Shown here piece by piece: positions 54,068 to 64,000 of a stretch of DNA of 64,000 nucleotides. Position numbers and translations under genes: made by a program. Under the pieces are notes generated by a model, which was not told the origin of the DNA, ran no database searches, and saw only the letters and a list, made by a program, of their open reading frames with translations. Every line of letters starts with the position of its first letter. The stretch's first letter is position 1. The stretch comes from Chrysochromulina tobinii (lineage: Eukaryota): assembly GCA_001275005.1 (NCBI GenBank), contig JWZX01003273.1, positions 1-64,000 of the forward strand, written 5' to 3'.

Positions 54068-55014
54068 TTTATACGTCGGCGCAGTGGACGGTCGCGACGG
54101 GGAAGGCCGAGACGACGACGATTGACCTCGACGCGATGAGATCAACTCTGTTGGGCGAGCTGCACATAACGCCTTTCGCGTTGCCTTTTCTGGAAGGATT
54201 ATTAAAATACTCACTTGAAGCAACCCCTATCCCACGCAAGCAAGCACGCGCGCGCGCGCGCGCGCTCCTTTCCGCCCGCTACCCACAAAGCCCGCCCGAC
54301 CCCAGCCCGACCCTCGCCGCCCGCGGGAGAAAATCAAAGCGATGCGTGAAGTGAAGCCGAGTTTGGGGAGCACGTTCGGTAACCGCACCGGCGACCGGGG
54401 GTGGGCGGCACTAGCGACTAATCAGTGGAATTTTGCTGTCAATCAGGAGGCCTCTCAGATGTAGACTCCGCTCACTCGCGTCGCCTCGTCGTCCCGCGAG
54501 TGTACATGATGTGCCTCAATTTGTACCAATATCGTGGGCAGTTGCCCCCGCGGGGGGCCGCAAAACCGGCGGGGCTGTTTGACCGCCACAAGCCGGGAGG
54601 CGGAAGTTGTTAGTACTTCGCCTTGCGTTGGCCGTTGCGGTAGTAGAGGAAGAGGGGCTCACCAAATTGGGGCTCACAAACTAAGGCTCACGCCGAAACC
54701 ATCCCGTTGTGAAACCATCAAACGGTTAGTACGATCCCGCGGGATTCCGGGAACAGGCTACAGGGGCGATCGAGCAGGCAGCCGAATTATCGAATTGAAT
54801 TATATAGACGAAACGCAAACGCCGAGAACCACCGGGAAACAAATGCGAAAAATGCACCATGCACAGAGTACTCTCTTTAAGGGTGCCCCATAGCTCGCTC
54901 CTCTCCAGCCTCGATATCCGTGTGTCCTATGAGTGTGTACATCTACATCGATCTACATGCGTGATGTGTCTAGACGACATAATGATTTGATGAATGTGTC
55001 ACCGGCGCGGCCGC

Positions 55015-55869
55015 TCAGCCAGATGAGGCAGTCGCCCGCCTCGGCGACTTATTGTTGGGTGGTCCGTACTCCGCCGTCGTCGCCTTGGTCGTCGTGGTGG
55101 CCTCCTGCGCCGCCCTGGCCTCCGCGACCCGCCTCGCGATCTCAGCGCGCTTGGCCGCGAGCGCTGCCTCTGCTGGCGACGATGCATCGCTCGGCTTGCA
55201 AGCAGGGCCGAACTGTGCGCTGCCCTCCTCTGCTGGCACCGCGCCTGCCTGCACTGCCGTCGACCTCGCCGCGAGCAGATCCTCCTTCACCTTGTGCAGT
55301 ACCCTGCGCATCTCATCGTTACTCTGATCGAGCTGCAGGCCTTGCGAGAGCACAGCGTGTGCCCGCTGAAGCTGCCCGCGACCATGCAGCACCGTACCCA
55401 GTCGATAGTGCGCCTTGGGCCAGCCTGGGGCGGCGTTGCACGCTGCCTCCGCGTCGTCGAGCGCCTCCTCCTCCTTGCCAAGCTTGAGGTAAGCTTGGCA
55501 ACGGTTGGCGAGCAGCTGCGCGGCGCGCGTCGACTCGAGCTTCTTGGGTGCGGGACACGGGAGGCTGCGCACTTGCTCGATGGCCTCGCTCCAAGCCTCG
55601 ATTGCCCGCGGCAGATCATTATCCTTGAATGCCTGCTTCCCGTCCTCCTGGAGCCGAGCGACCGCCTGCTCAGTGAGGGAGACTGGCACCTGCATCTCTG
55701 CCTCGCGAGAGAGGGCCCGCGGCGAGGCTCCGACAGCCGCTTTCCAAGCATCTGCAAGGTGGCCAAACCGTTCTGTCTCTGGAGTGCTCTGGAATGGGAT
55801 AAGCTTGCGCAGCTCGGGGTCGCCGGAGGCGAGGCCAATTGGCCGCCGAAAGACGCCGTAGCGTGACAT
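55015..55869 (-). CDS. TPR-repeat protein
   Basis: LQEDGKQAFK.ND...AI.AWSEAI, LLANRCQAYLKLG..EEAL.DA..A....P.WPKAHYRLG. Confidence 0.8.
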   Translation of the reverse strand: MSRYGVFRRPIGLASGDPELRKLIPFQSTPETERFGHLADAWKAAVGASPRALSREAEMQVPVSLTEQAVARLQEDGKQAFKDNDLPRAIEAWSEAIEQVRSLPCPAPKKLESTRAAQLLANRCQAYLKLGKEEEALDDAEAACNAAPGWPKAHYRLGTVLHGRGQLQRAHAVLSQGLQLDQSNDEMRRVLHKVKEDLLAARSTAVQAGAVPAEEGSAQFGPACKPSDASSPAEAALAAKRAEIARRVAEARAAQEATTTTKATTAEYGPPNNKSPRRATASSG

Positions 55870-55979
55870 GTGCTTCGCCAAAGAATGGCGAAGGACGGCC
55901 AATCACGGGAAGAGTGAAAGCAGTGATTGTTCAGATGAACGAAGAACTTTTGCGAAACCGCCGTTCCACCGCAAGTGCC

Positions 55980-58900
55980 TTACAAATCGTCATCCTCGGC
56001 ACGATTCCGGCGTGCATGTGGGCTCTCAGGAGCAATCGGAGGCTCGGCGAGCGCCTGCTCGTCGACCGTCGGCAGCGGAAGTGGCGCGTCGGCCTCGCTG
56101 GTGAGCATGGTGTCAAGCTGCGACGAGATCTTGGCCAGCTCGGCCGCACGCCGCGCCTCCCGCGCCGCCTGCCGCGCCGGGTCGTCGACCACAATCGGCA
56201 CCGTCACGGGCGACATAGACGGCGACATAGGTGGCGTCGGCGCCGGTGCCTGCTGCAGCGCGTGCCCGGCGGCAGGTGCAGCGGTAGCGACGACGGCGGC
56301 AGCCGCAGTGGCAGCGAGCTCGGCCGCAGCGAGCTGGCTGAGCTCCGTCACCTGGGACTGGAGCTCAGTCACCTTGGCCTGCAGCTCGGTCACCTTGGAA
56401 TGAAGAAGCGACTGGAGCGATCGCATCTCGTCTAGATCGGAGCGAAGCTGCTCGTTCTCAGCGAGCTGCTGCTGCCTGTCCGCCTTGAGCTGAGTGGTCT
56501 CACTCACGAGCTGGGTCTCAGCAAGCAGGTGCTCGGAGCGCAGCTGCTCGAGCTCAGCCAGCAGCTGCTCCTTCTCCGCCTTGAGCTGTGCGTTCTCGCT
56601 CATGAGCTCGGAGCGCAGCTGCTCGATCTCGGCAAGCACGTGCTTGTCACCCTTTTGCTGCGTCTTCTCGCGTAAGAGCTCGGAGCGCAGCTGCTCGATC
56701 TCGGCGAGCGCCTGCTCGAGCTCCGTGAGAAGATGCTGCTTGTCCGTGGTGAGCTGCGCTTTCTCGCATATGAGCTGGGCATTCTCGCTCATGAGCTGGG
56801 CGGCAGCGGCGGCAGCGGCGGCGGCAGCTCCGTCGGCGGTGGCCCGCAGCTTATCAACCTCGGCGAGCAGATGCTGCTTGTCCGTGGTGAGCTGCGTGTT
56901 CTGGCTCATGAGCTGCTGCTTGTCCGCGGTGAGCTGCGTGTTCTGGCTCATGAGCTCCTTGGCCTCGAGCCGAGTGCGCTCGAGGATTTCTTCCTTGTCT
57001 CTGATCGACTGTTCGAGCATCATCTTCTCCTCCATAGCCTCCGGGCTCTCGAGCATTACAACGGGGCTCACGGCGCGGCTCTCGACAGGAATCGGAAGAG
57101 TGACCACGGCTGCCTCAAGGGTTGTAGTTGAGCTGCACCTGTCGATCGTGGCCTTTGTCGATTGCTGCGCCGCCTCCGCGTCCGCCTTCGTAGCGGTCGC
57201 GTCAGCCGCCGCCTTCGCCGCTGCCTCTGCTGCTTCGGGCGCTGCGGCTTCGGCCACGGCCCTGATGCGCGAGACGCGCTGCACAGCCTCGGCGGCTGCT
57301 TCCTTGGTCTTCGCCAGCTGCGCCAGTGCCAACTGCGCATCGCTCGTGCGCTTGAGCACCTTATACATCTCGTTGTACTCGATCGATCCGTAGCCGTCGA
57401 GGTCGAGCACTTTGAAGAGGGAGCTCACCTCGTCCGTCGTCGCCTCGTACCCGAGCCACAGGAGCGCGCACCGCACCTCGACCTGGTGGATTCGGCCGTC
57501 GCCAGACGCGTCCCACTTGCGGAACATGTCGATCACCTTCCCCTTGTCCTCGGCGAGCATACATTTGAGGTGGACCACGATGCCCTCCGTGTCGGCCGCC
57601 CACGAGCGCAGCCTGTTGTGCATCTCCGGGTAGTCGATGTACTGGTTGCCGTTGACGTCGAAGGCGGTGAACAGCGCGTCGAGAGCGCCGCCCGGGATCT
57701 CGAAGCCGAGCTCGTCAAACGCGCGCCGGAGCTCGGGCCTCGAGATGCGCATGTCGCTGTTGATGTCCCACAGGCGGAAGAGGTCGATGACGCGCGCGTG
57801 GTTGCGCGACAGAATCATCTTGAGCTGCTCGACCATCACGTCGGTCAGGTCGCCATTGGCGGCGGCAGCAGCAGCGGCAGCGGCGTCCGCAGCGGCATCC
57901 GCGGCGGCGGCGGCGGCGGCGGCGGGGGCGGCGGCGGCGGAAGCCTGTGTTGCCATCCGCTCCGCCTCCGCCTTCTCCGCCGCCAGCTGTGCCAGCCGGT
58001 CCGCCTCCGCCTTCCCCGCTCCCATCCGCTTCGCCGACTCCGCCGTCTCCGCGGCTCGCTGCTCTGCGTCCGCCTTCTCCTTCTCCGCCACTGCGGCGGC
58101 CATAGCCGCCATACGTTCAGCCTTCGCCTTGTCCAACTCAATTTTCTGCGCCGCTATCCGCGCCACGCGCTCCGCCTCCGCCTTCTCCGCCACCAGCCGG
58201 TCCGCCTCCCTCTTGGCGGCAGCCTTCTCAGCCTCGTCCGCGCCACTCCCCTCCGGCAGCAAGACAAGCATGCGCTGCCCGGATCGGCTCAGCTCTTCGA
58301 TGAGGGCGCGGCACGAGCGCAGCTCGGCCTCTTGCAGCTCCACCTGCGTGGACAGCAGCACGAACTTCTCCATCTCGTCGAAGCCGCCAAAGTAGTCTAT
58401 CGTGGATTGAGTCTCCATCAGCCGCCTCTCGGCGAGGATGGCGCGCTCCTCGTACGCGCTCAGCTCTGCGCGCAGCCCCACGACCTCGGCCGTAAGCAGA
58501 TCCTCATTGTTCGTGATTATCGGCTTACGCTTGAGCATTTGCTTCGCTGCCTCGGGATCCGCCAGGCTGCTGAGCATGGCGCTCGCGCCCTCCCACAGCA
58601 GAGTAAGACGCTGTCGGATGAGCTCCAACGTCTGGCTCCACTCGAGGCAGTGCGTCGCGGTCAGCTTGACGAGACGGGCCGTGCAGCGGTCGAGCAGGTC
58701 CCACTCCTCGAGAAGCATCGCCATCGGTGGCCTGAGCTCGCCATCCGATCGCTCGAAGGCGCGTATGAGCGCCTCTTGGAGCTGACGTGCCTGAGCCCGT
58801 TCCGATGGCAGCGCGGTAACGCTGCCGTCCAAGTCGTACAGCGAAGCAGGTGCACTGCTGCCAGCAAAGAACGTGCGCTGGCTGACCACCGAAATCTGGC

Positions 58901-59132
58901 TCGTGCTCGTTAGTGGTCGCGCAGGGTCGTCTGCCAGTGGCTTCACGCGCCTCGCTCGAGGCGATGGCTGACTGCTCATGGTGTTCGGCCTGGTCGAAGG
59001 CCGACTGATCGTGTTATTCAGCCTGGGTGTTTGAGGCGTGCGCAGCGGCACCATCCCGTCCCTGCTCAGCATCTCGAGCATTGCTCGTGGAAGCTGATCA
59101 TTGGCAGCGGTTTTTGTGGTCATCGCCAACAT
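55980..59132 (-). CDS. Coiled-coil protein with four EF-hands (possible axonemal-dynein-light-chain-like N-domain)
   Basis: WDINSDMRISRPE, FDVNGNQYIDYPE, WDASGDGRIHQVE, LDLDGYGSIEYNE; repeated ELEQLRSEL/LMSENAQL heptads. Confidence 0.8.
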   Translation of the reverse strand: MLAMTTKTAANDQLPRAMLEMLSRDGMVPLRTPQTPRLNNTISRPSTRPNTMSSQPSPRARRVKPLADDPARPLTSTSQISVVSQRTFFAGSSAPASLYDLDGSVTALPSERAQARQLQEALIRAFERSDGELRPPMAMLLEEWDLLDRCTARLVKLTATHCLEWSQTLELIRQRLTLLWEGASAMLSSLADPEAAKQMLKRKPIITNNEDLLTAEVVGLRAELSAYEERAILAERRLMETQSTIDYFGGFDEMEKFVLLSTQVELQEAELRSCRALIEELSRSGQRMLVLLPEGSGADEAEKAAAKREADRLVAEKAEAERVARIAAQKIELDKAKAERMAAMAAAVAEKEKADAEQRAAETAESAKRMGAGKAEADRLAQLAAEKAEAERMATQASAAAAPAAAAAAAADAAADAAAAAAAAANGDLTDVMVEQLKMILSRNHARVIDLFRLWDINSDMRISRPELRRAFDELGFEIPGGALDALFTAFDVNGNQYIDYPEMHNRLRSWAADTEGIVVHLKCMLAEDKGKVIDMFRKWDASGDGRIHQVEVRCALLWLGYEATTDEVSSLFKVLDLDGYGSIEYNEMYKVLKRTSDAQLALAQLAKTKEAAAEAVQRVSRIRAVAEAAAPEAAEAAAKAAADATATKADAEAAQQSTKATIDRCSSTTTLEAAVVTLPIPVESRAVSPVVMLESPEAMEEKMMLEQSIRDKEEILERTRLEAKELMSQNTQLTADKQQLMSQNTQLTTDKQHLLAEVDKLRATADGAAAAAAAAAAQLMSENAQLICEKAQLTTDKQHLLTELEQALAEIEQLRSELLREKTQQKGDKHVLAEIEQLRSELMSENAQLKAEKEQLLAELEQLRSEHLLAETQLVSETTQLKADRQQQLAENEQLRSDLDEMRSLQSLLHSKVTELQAKVTELQSQVTELSQLAAAELAATAAAAVVATAAPAAGHALQQAPAPTPPMSPSMSPVTVPIVVDDPARQAAREARRAAELAKISSQLDTMLTSEADAPLPLPTVDEQALAEPPIAPESPHARRNRAEDDDL

Positions 59133-59225
59133 ACCCGCTGTGTTGCGTCGCGTCGTTAGCCGGCTGCCGCAACGCAGGCGTCCGCAACGTTACATGACTC
59201 TCAAACTTCTCGAACTTCCCGATCT

Positions 59226-59283
59226 GTCAAGTCAAGTCAAGTCAAGTCAAGTCAAGTCAGGTCAAGTCCAGTCAAGTCAAGTC
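59226..59283. repeat. (GTCAA)n pentanucleotide array, about 11 units
   Basis: Directly visible, with two substitutions. Confidence 0.9.
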
Positions 59284-59871
59284 TAGAGTACATTTGAAGT
59301 CAAGTTCAAGAGAACATTAGATCGGCTTCCTGTGATACATTACAGAACAGAACTTTGTAACTTACTAAGCTACCTACACATTGGCAGGACCCCCTGAGTT
59401 GCGGTGGGGGAATTTGAAGGGGAGGTCGGCGTGGGAGTAAGGCGTCATGCGACATGGGAACATGGAACGGCACACTGTGAGTCTGTGACACGGCGGGACC
59501 CGGGCATGGAAACCTGCTTGTTCTCCTCGTTGCTCGTCGTGAGCTCGGGGCTTGTCATACGTCCTTGCCGATGCGGCTTGAACTCCTCCGGTCTCTTTCT
59601 GTTTCATAGCGTCGTTCACACTGTTCTCGCCTCGACCTGGAACGTGATACATTACAGTAGTAGGTTGTCTGTCTTCCGAGTCTTGCTCTTGTGGTTTTTA
59701 TAAAGTGACTTGAAGTCAAGTCGATAACATTGGAGGGTGCATTCCCGCGCCAATCGCACAGTCTCATTTCACGTTCCCCATGACGCCCGTTCTCGGAATC
59801 CTTGGCGGTGAATCGCTGCATCGGGGAACCCACACACACGGCCCGGCAACCGCCCGCGTAAGCTTGTGAGT

Positions 59872-60680
59872 CTACGAGCACGGAGCCGTCTTCGAGGTGA
59901 GGATCAGGCCGACGATCAGGCCACACAGACCCAGGGCCTCCGCGAAGATGAGGATCAGCACCATGCCGACGTACAGCTTGGTCTGCTGAGCCGACGCACG
60001 CACGCCCGCGTCGCCCACGATGCCGATCGCAATTCCAGCGGCCATGCCGCTGAGACCGCAGGCAAGGCCCGCCGCGAGGTGGGCGTAGCCGGTGAAGGAC
60101 GAGTACTGCGTCACGCCTCCGACCGGAGGCGCAACTGCGGACAGCAAGAAGGCACGCACGTGAGGAGGAACCGAGTGAGAAGGCAAGCGACACGAGGGGG
60201 GAGGCGCTTGGGCGTCTGGAGTGAGACTCCCAAAAGACCGTCTTGGGACCGTCGACTTTTGGGTGGCGTGCGCGTACCGCCGTTGGCGATGATAACAGCG
60301 ATGATGAGGCCGTAGATGCCAAGTACACCCGCCATGACAACGGGGATGATCGACTTCATCACGAGGTCAGGCTTCATCACGCCCATGGACGACACACCAA
60401 CGCCGGACTTGGCGGTGCCGTACGCAGCGCCAAGGTCTGCGTGCAGGGGCGGCGCGCGTGGCGACACAGGTTAACAGGGGCTCGCCATTGTGACGGCGCC
60501 CTGCAGAAGCCTGAAAAGCAATTCTGCCTGTGAGGTGCACGCCCATGCGCACACGGTGCCTGCGCCTGGCGCGGCACGCATATTCGTGGAGCGGAGCGGC
60601 GCACTGGCGAAGATGAGCGCAACCGCTGCACCCATGAAGCCGAAGAAGGGCGCGCTCGCAGGGCAAAGCTCGTTCGACAT
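59872..60680 (-). CDS. ATP6V0C: V-type H+-ATPase 16 kDa proteolipid subunit c; exons 60680-60605, 60436-60278, 60134-59872
   Basis: [27 protein letters not shown]...[19 protein letters not shown]...[10 protein letters not shown]...[11 protein letters not shown]; two GT-AG introns (168 and 143 nt) restore the frame. Confidence 0.95.
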
Positions 60681-60918
60681 GTCTTCAGCGGAAAGACTCT
60701 CCCCGATATGCGGCGTGGATCGCATTCATTCACACAGCCAAAAGGATACATGTAAAGGGGTTGAGAAGGATTTCTGGAATAGTATCCGTATCCGTATCCA
60801 TAGTGCTTTTGCGTGTGGACTCGAGGCACTTCGGGCGTTCGGGGGGACGGGTTTTCGGGGGAAGCTCCGCGGTGACCGCGGTGCGACGTGCGGGAAGTAC
60901 TTCCGATCGCATACACGC

Positions 60919-63900
60919 ATGGCGCTCGATGCGTCGATGCTGCAGCAATTCGAGATGATGCTCCAGGCCCTATTGTGAGCGCAGCGGCCTCTATCGCTGC
61001 CGCGCCGCTGCGCTGCGTCCTCGGCCGAAACCCCGAGCGACCCCTGCACTGCAATCCACACGGTTGGGAGACCCGAGCCCTCTGCGCCGCTAGCGCATCT
61101 GCGCTGGCAGCTGGGTTCTGCGCCTGCGGCACGGCAGCTCAGCTTCGCTACTCGACGCCGCCCGTACACTCACGCTGTCACACGCATGCTCGCTCTCCTC
61201 TCGCCTCGGCGTCCTTCAGGTCCCAGGACAACTCCATCCGCAGGCAAGCTGAGGAGGCGTTTGAGCAAGCCAAGGCCAATAAAGATGCGCTCTTCAGTGG
61301 GCTGGTGCACATGCTGTGCACCAACCAGGCCGAGGAGGTGCGCGCGCTCTGCGCGGTGCTGCTGCGCAAGTCGGTCATGGCCTGCGCGACCCAGGCGCAA
61401 GGCTCATTGATCAGCTTGCTCTCACCAGCGGTCGGCCAGGCGCTCAAGTCACACCTGCTCGCGTGCATCCAGAGCGAGCCGAAAAAGCACATTCGCAAGA
61501 AGGTATGCGATGCCGTCGGCCAGCTGGGCATCAACCTGCTCAACGCGGACCAGCAAAATGGGTGGCCCGAGCTGCTGCCCTTCATGCTGCAGGGCACGCG
61601 CAGCGGCGATGCCAACATGCACGAGGCGTCGCTCACCATCTTCAACGCGCTCGCCGACTTCATGTGCGAAAAAATGGTGCCGTACCACGCTACGCTGCTC
61701 GAGGTCTTCCGCGGCTCGCTGCAGACCGACCAGCCCATGGCCGTGCGCATCGCTGGCCTCAAGGGGCTCGCCTCCTTTTTGCTCGCCCTCCAGTCCGCCG
61801 ACACGCGCAACCACTTCCAGGAGCTCGTGCCGCTGATGCAGCAAGCGATCGCGCAGGCGCTCACGTCGGGCGAGGAGGAGTCGTGCCGGAGCGCGCTCGA
61901 GGTCTTCGTCGAGATCGCCGAGTCGCAGCCCAAGTTCCTCAAGCGGCACCTGCACGAGGCGGTGAACGGCATGGTCGCGATCGCCTCCAACACGAGCCTC
62001 GAGGACGCGACGCGTCACCTGGCGCTCGAGTTCCTCCTCACGGTGGCTGAGAACATGACGAGCGCCGCGAAGAAGCTCGACCGCTTCTGCGAGACCACCG
62101 TGCCCGTTGCGCTATCGATGATGCTCGAGATCGACATGAATACCGCCGAGGAGCTCGCGGAGTGGGAGGAGCGTGAGGAGGACGATGAGGATGAGGAGAT
62201 CACCAACTACGATGTGGGCGAGGAGGCGATTGACAGGCTGGCGATCGCGCTCGGGGGCAAACTGATGGTGCCCGTGCTCTTCGAGAAGATCCAGCAACTC
62301 ATCAAGTCCCCCGACTGGAAGCACCGGCACGCTGCCCTCATGTCCATCTCGCAGTCGGGCGAGGGCTGCGAGATGGCCATGAAGGCCAATCTCCAACAGA
62401 TTGTCACGATGATCGTGGGTCACTTCCGCGACGAGCACCCGCGCGTGCGCTGGGCGGCCATCAACACGGTGGGCCAGATGTGCACCGACTTTGGGCCCGA
62501 TCTGCAGGAGGAGCTACACGAGCTTGTGCTGCCCGCCCTCATCGCGACGATGGACGACGGGTGCAAGCGCGTGCAGGCGCATGCGGCCGCCGCGGTGATC
62601 AACTTCTGTGAGCACTGCTCGAAGCCGACGCTGAAGCGGTACCTGCCCGACTTGCTCGGCAAGCTCATGGTGCTGCTGCAGCGCAACGTGCGCCGCGTCA
62701 CCGAGCAGGCGGTCACCGCGATCGCCTCGGTGGCCGATGTGGCTGAGGAGGACTTCGCACCGTATTACGGCTCCTTCATGCCGGGGCTCAAGCAAATCCT
62801 ACAGCTGGCGGGTGGCAAGCAGTTCCGCATGCTGCGCGGCAAGGCCATGGAGTGCATCTCGCTCATCGGCGTCGCCGTGGGCGACGCGGCCTTTGAGCCC
62901 GACGCCAAGGAGGTCATGGACCTCATTATCCAAACTCAGCAGACGGAGGCGCTCGACCCAGACGACCCGCAGATCCAATTCATGCTGCAGGCGTGCGGGC
63001 GCATCTGCAAGTGCCTGGGCGAAAAGTTCTCGCCTTACCTGCCGTACGTGATCCCGCCGTTGCTGCGCTCGGCGCTCGTCGACCCCGAGCTCCACGTCAC
63101 CGACGCTGACGACGAGGACGAGGTCGAGGCCGAGGAAGGAATGGAGAGCGTGACTGTAGCCATCCGGGGGCAGGGCAACAAGCGCATCACCATACGGACT
63201 TCAGCGCTTGAGGAGAAGGCGACGGCGTGCCACATGCTGCGCACGTATGCGCTCGAGCTCAAGGACGCCTTCTTTCCACACGTGGCTGACGTGGCGCGAG
63301 TGCTCGTGCCTCTCATCGGGTTCCAGTACATGGACGAGGTGCGCGTGAACGCGTGCCACGCGATGCCCGACCTGCTCGACAGCGCCATCCTCGCGCTACA
63401 GAAGGGCGCGCCCTCGGCCACCCCGGACGTGGTCCACCAGCTCAAGGGCTACCTGTACAAGGCGGTCATTGATCAGCTTCACAAGGAGCCTGACACGGAG
63501 ACGCTCGCGGAGCTGCTCACCGCGTGGTGCGAGATCATCAAGCATGGTGAGGAGTGCGACGCGGCGAAGCTCACTCCCGAGGAGCTGCAGCAGTCGTTTG
63601 AGGTGGTCAAAGAGCTTGTGGTCGAGGTGATCGAGCGCCGCGATGAGCGTTCGAAGGCCGCAGGGGACGAGGAGGGCGACGACGAGGAGGAGGACGCGCG
63701 CGAGGCCGACGCCATCAACGACGAGAATCTGATCTCGACGCTTGTCGAGTGCCTGGGTACGCTCTTCAAAGTGTATGGCTCGCCGCTACTCCCGCTCTTC
63801 CAGGCGCAGCTGCAGCCCATCGTGCAGGCCATGCTGCAGCCCACCGCGGCCGAGCCCGACCGTGTCGCTGCACTCTGCGTCTTCGACGACATCATCGAGC

Positions 63901-64000
63901 ATTGCTCGGCCGACGGCGGCGCGACCGAATACGCGCGCACCCTCTTGCCCGCCTATCTTCAGTACGCGCGCGACCCGAAACCCGAGGTGCGCCAGGCGGC
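60919..64000 (+). CDS. IPO5: Importin-5/karyopherin beta-3 (Pse1/Kap121), partial; intron 60975-61219
   Basis: Not in the ORF track (no stop in the window). FEMMLQALL|SQDNSIRRQAEEAF, WPELLPF, IDRLAIALGG, WKHRHAALMSISQSGEGC, HPRVRWAAINTVGQM.TDF.P, RMLRGKAMECISLIG.AVG, IRTSALEEKATAC.ML. Confidence 0.92.

Noticed and set aside
54645..54695. ACCAAATTGGGGCTCAC resembles the RNase MRP 3' end
   Set aside because: No CR-I partner; it is one unit of a short GGCTCAC repeat.
1856..63940. Numerous long antisense or alternate-frame ORFs (e.g. 1856-3022, 33721-34698, 38197-39390, 57162-58913)
   Set aside because: Shadows of GC3-rich coding genes on the other strand or frame; no motifs of their own.

Overview
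Gene-dense, very GC-rich eukaryotic nuclear DNA, most likely a haptophyte/prymnesiophyte alga. This is inferred from compact genes, few 80-245 nt spliceosomal introns (one GC-AG, one filled with a 10-bp repeat) and (AAGTC)n repeats. About 31 genes can be read: EST1/SMG7-like (partial), class IV-type HDAC, an ACBP-ankyrin-2OG/Fe(II) oxygenase fusion, PX protein, Rid/YjgF, UBA-like/ACBP/PH protein, CRAL-TRIO, AAMP/SQT1 WD40, a giant LRR protein, a quadruple-CX9C protein, DnaJ, anoctamin, MRPL49, a degenerate mRNA-capping-enzyme paralogue, COX5B, ZPR1-like, CCDC24-like, MINDY3, TPR, EF-hand coiled coil, V-ATPase c, importin-5 (partial) and several hypotheticals. No rRNA, tRNA, CRISPR array or transposase could be supported. 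Most interesting leads: (1) four genes broken by a +1 frame jump, each repairable by a 22-28 nt intron-like segment (ultrashort introns, recoding or assembly error); (2) CpG-rich palindromic non-coding islands at convergent gene junctions, two sharing motifs and a long-range helix; (3) the ACBP-ANK-2OG fusion in an acyl/lipid-handling neighbourhood; (4) active-site or drug-site variants (capping pseudo-enzyme, V-ATPase c Tyr->Cys at the bafilomycin site, Zn-free COX5B, altered anoctamin Ca2+ site); (5) a perfect 29-bp inverted repeat resembling an introner and nested direct repeats resembling target-site duplications. All family calls come from motif recognition by eye; no searches were run.
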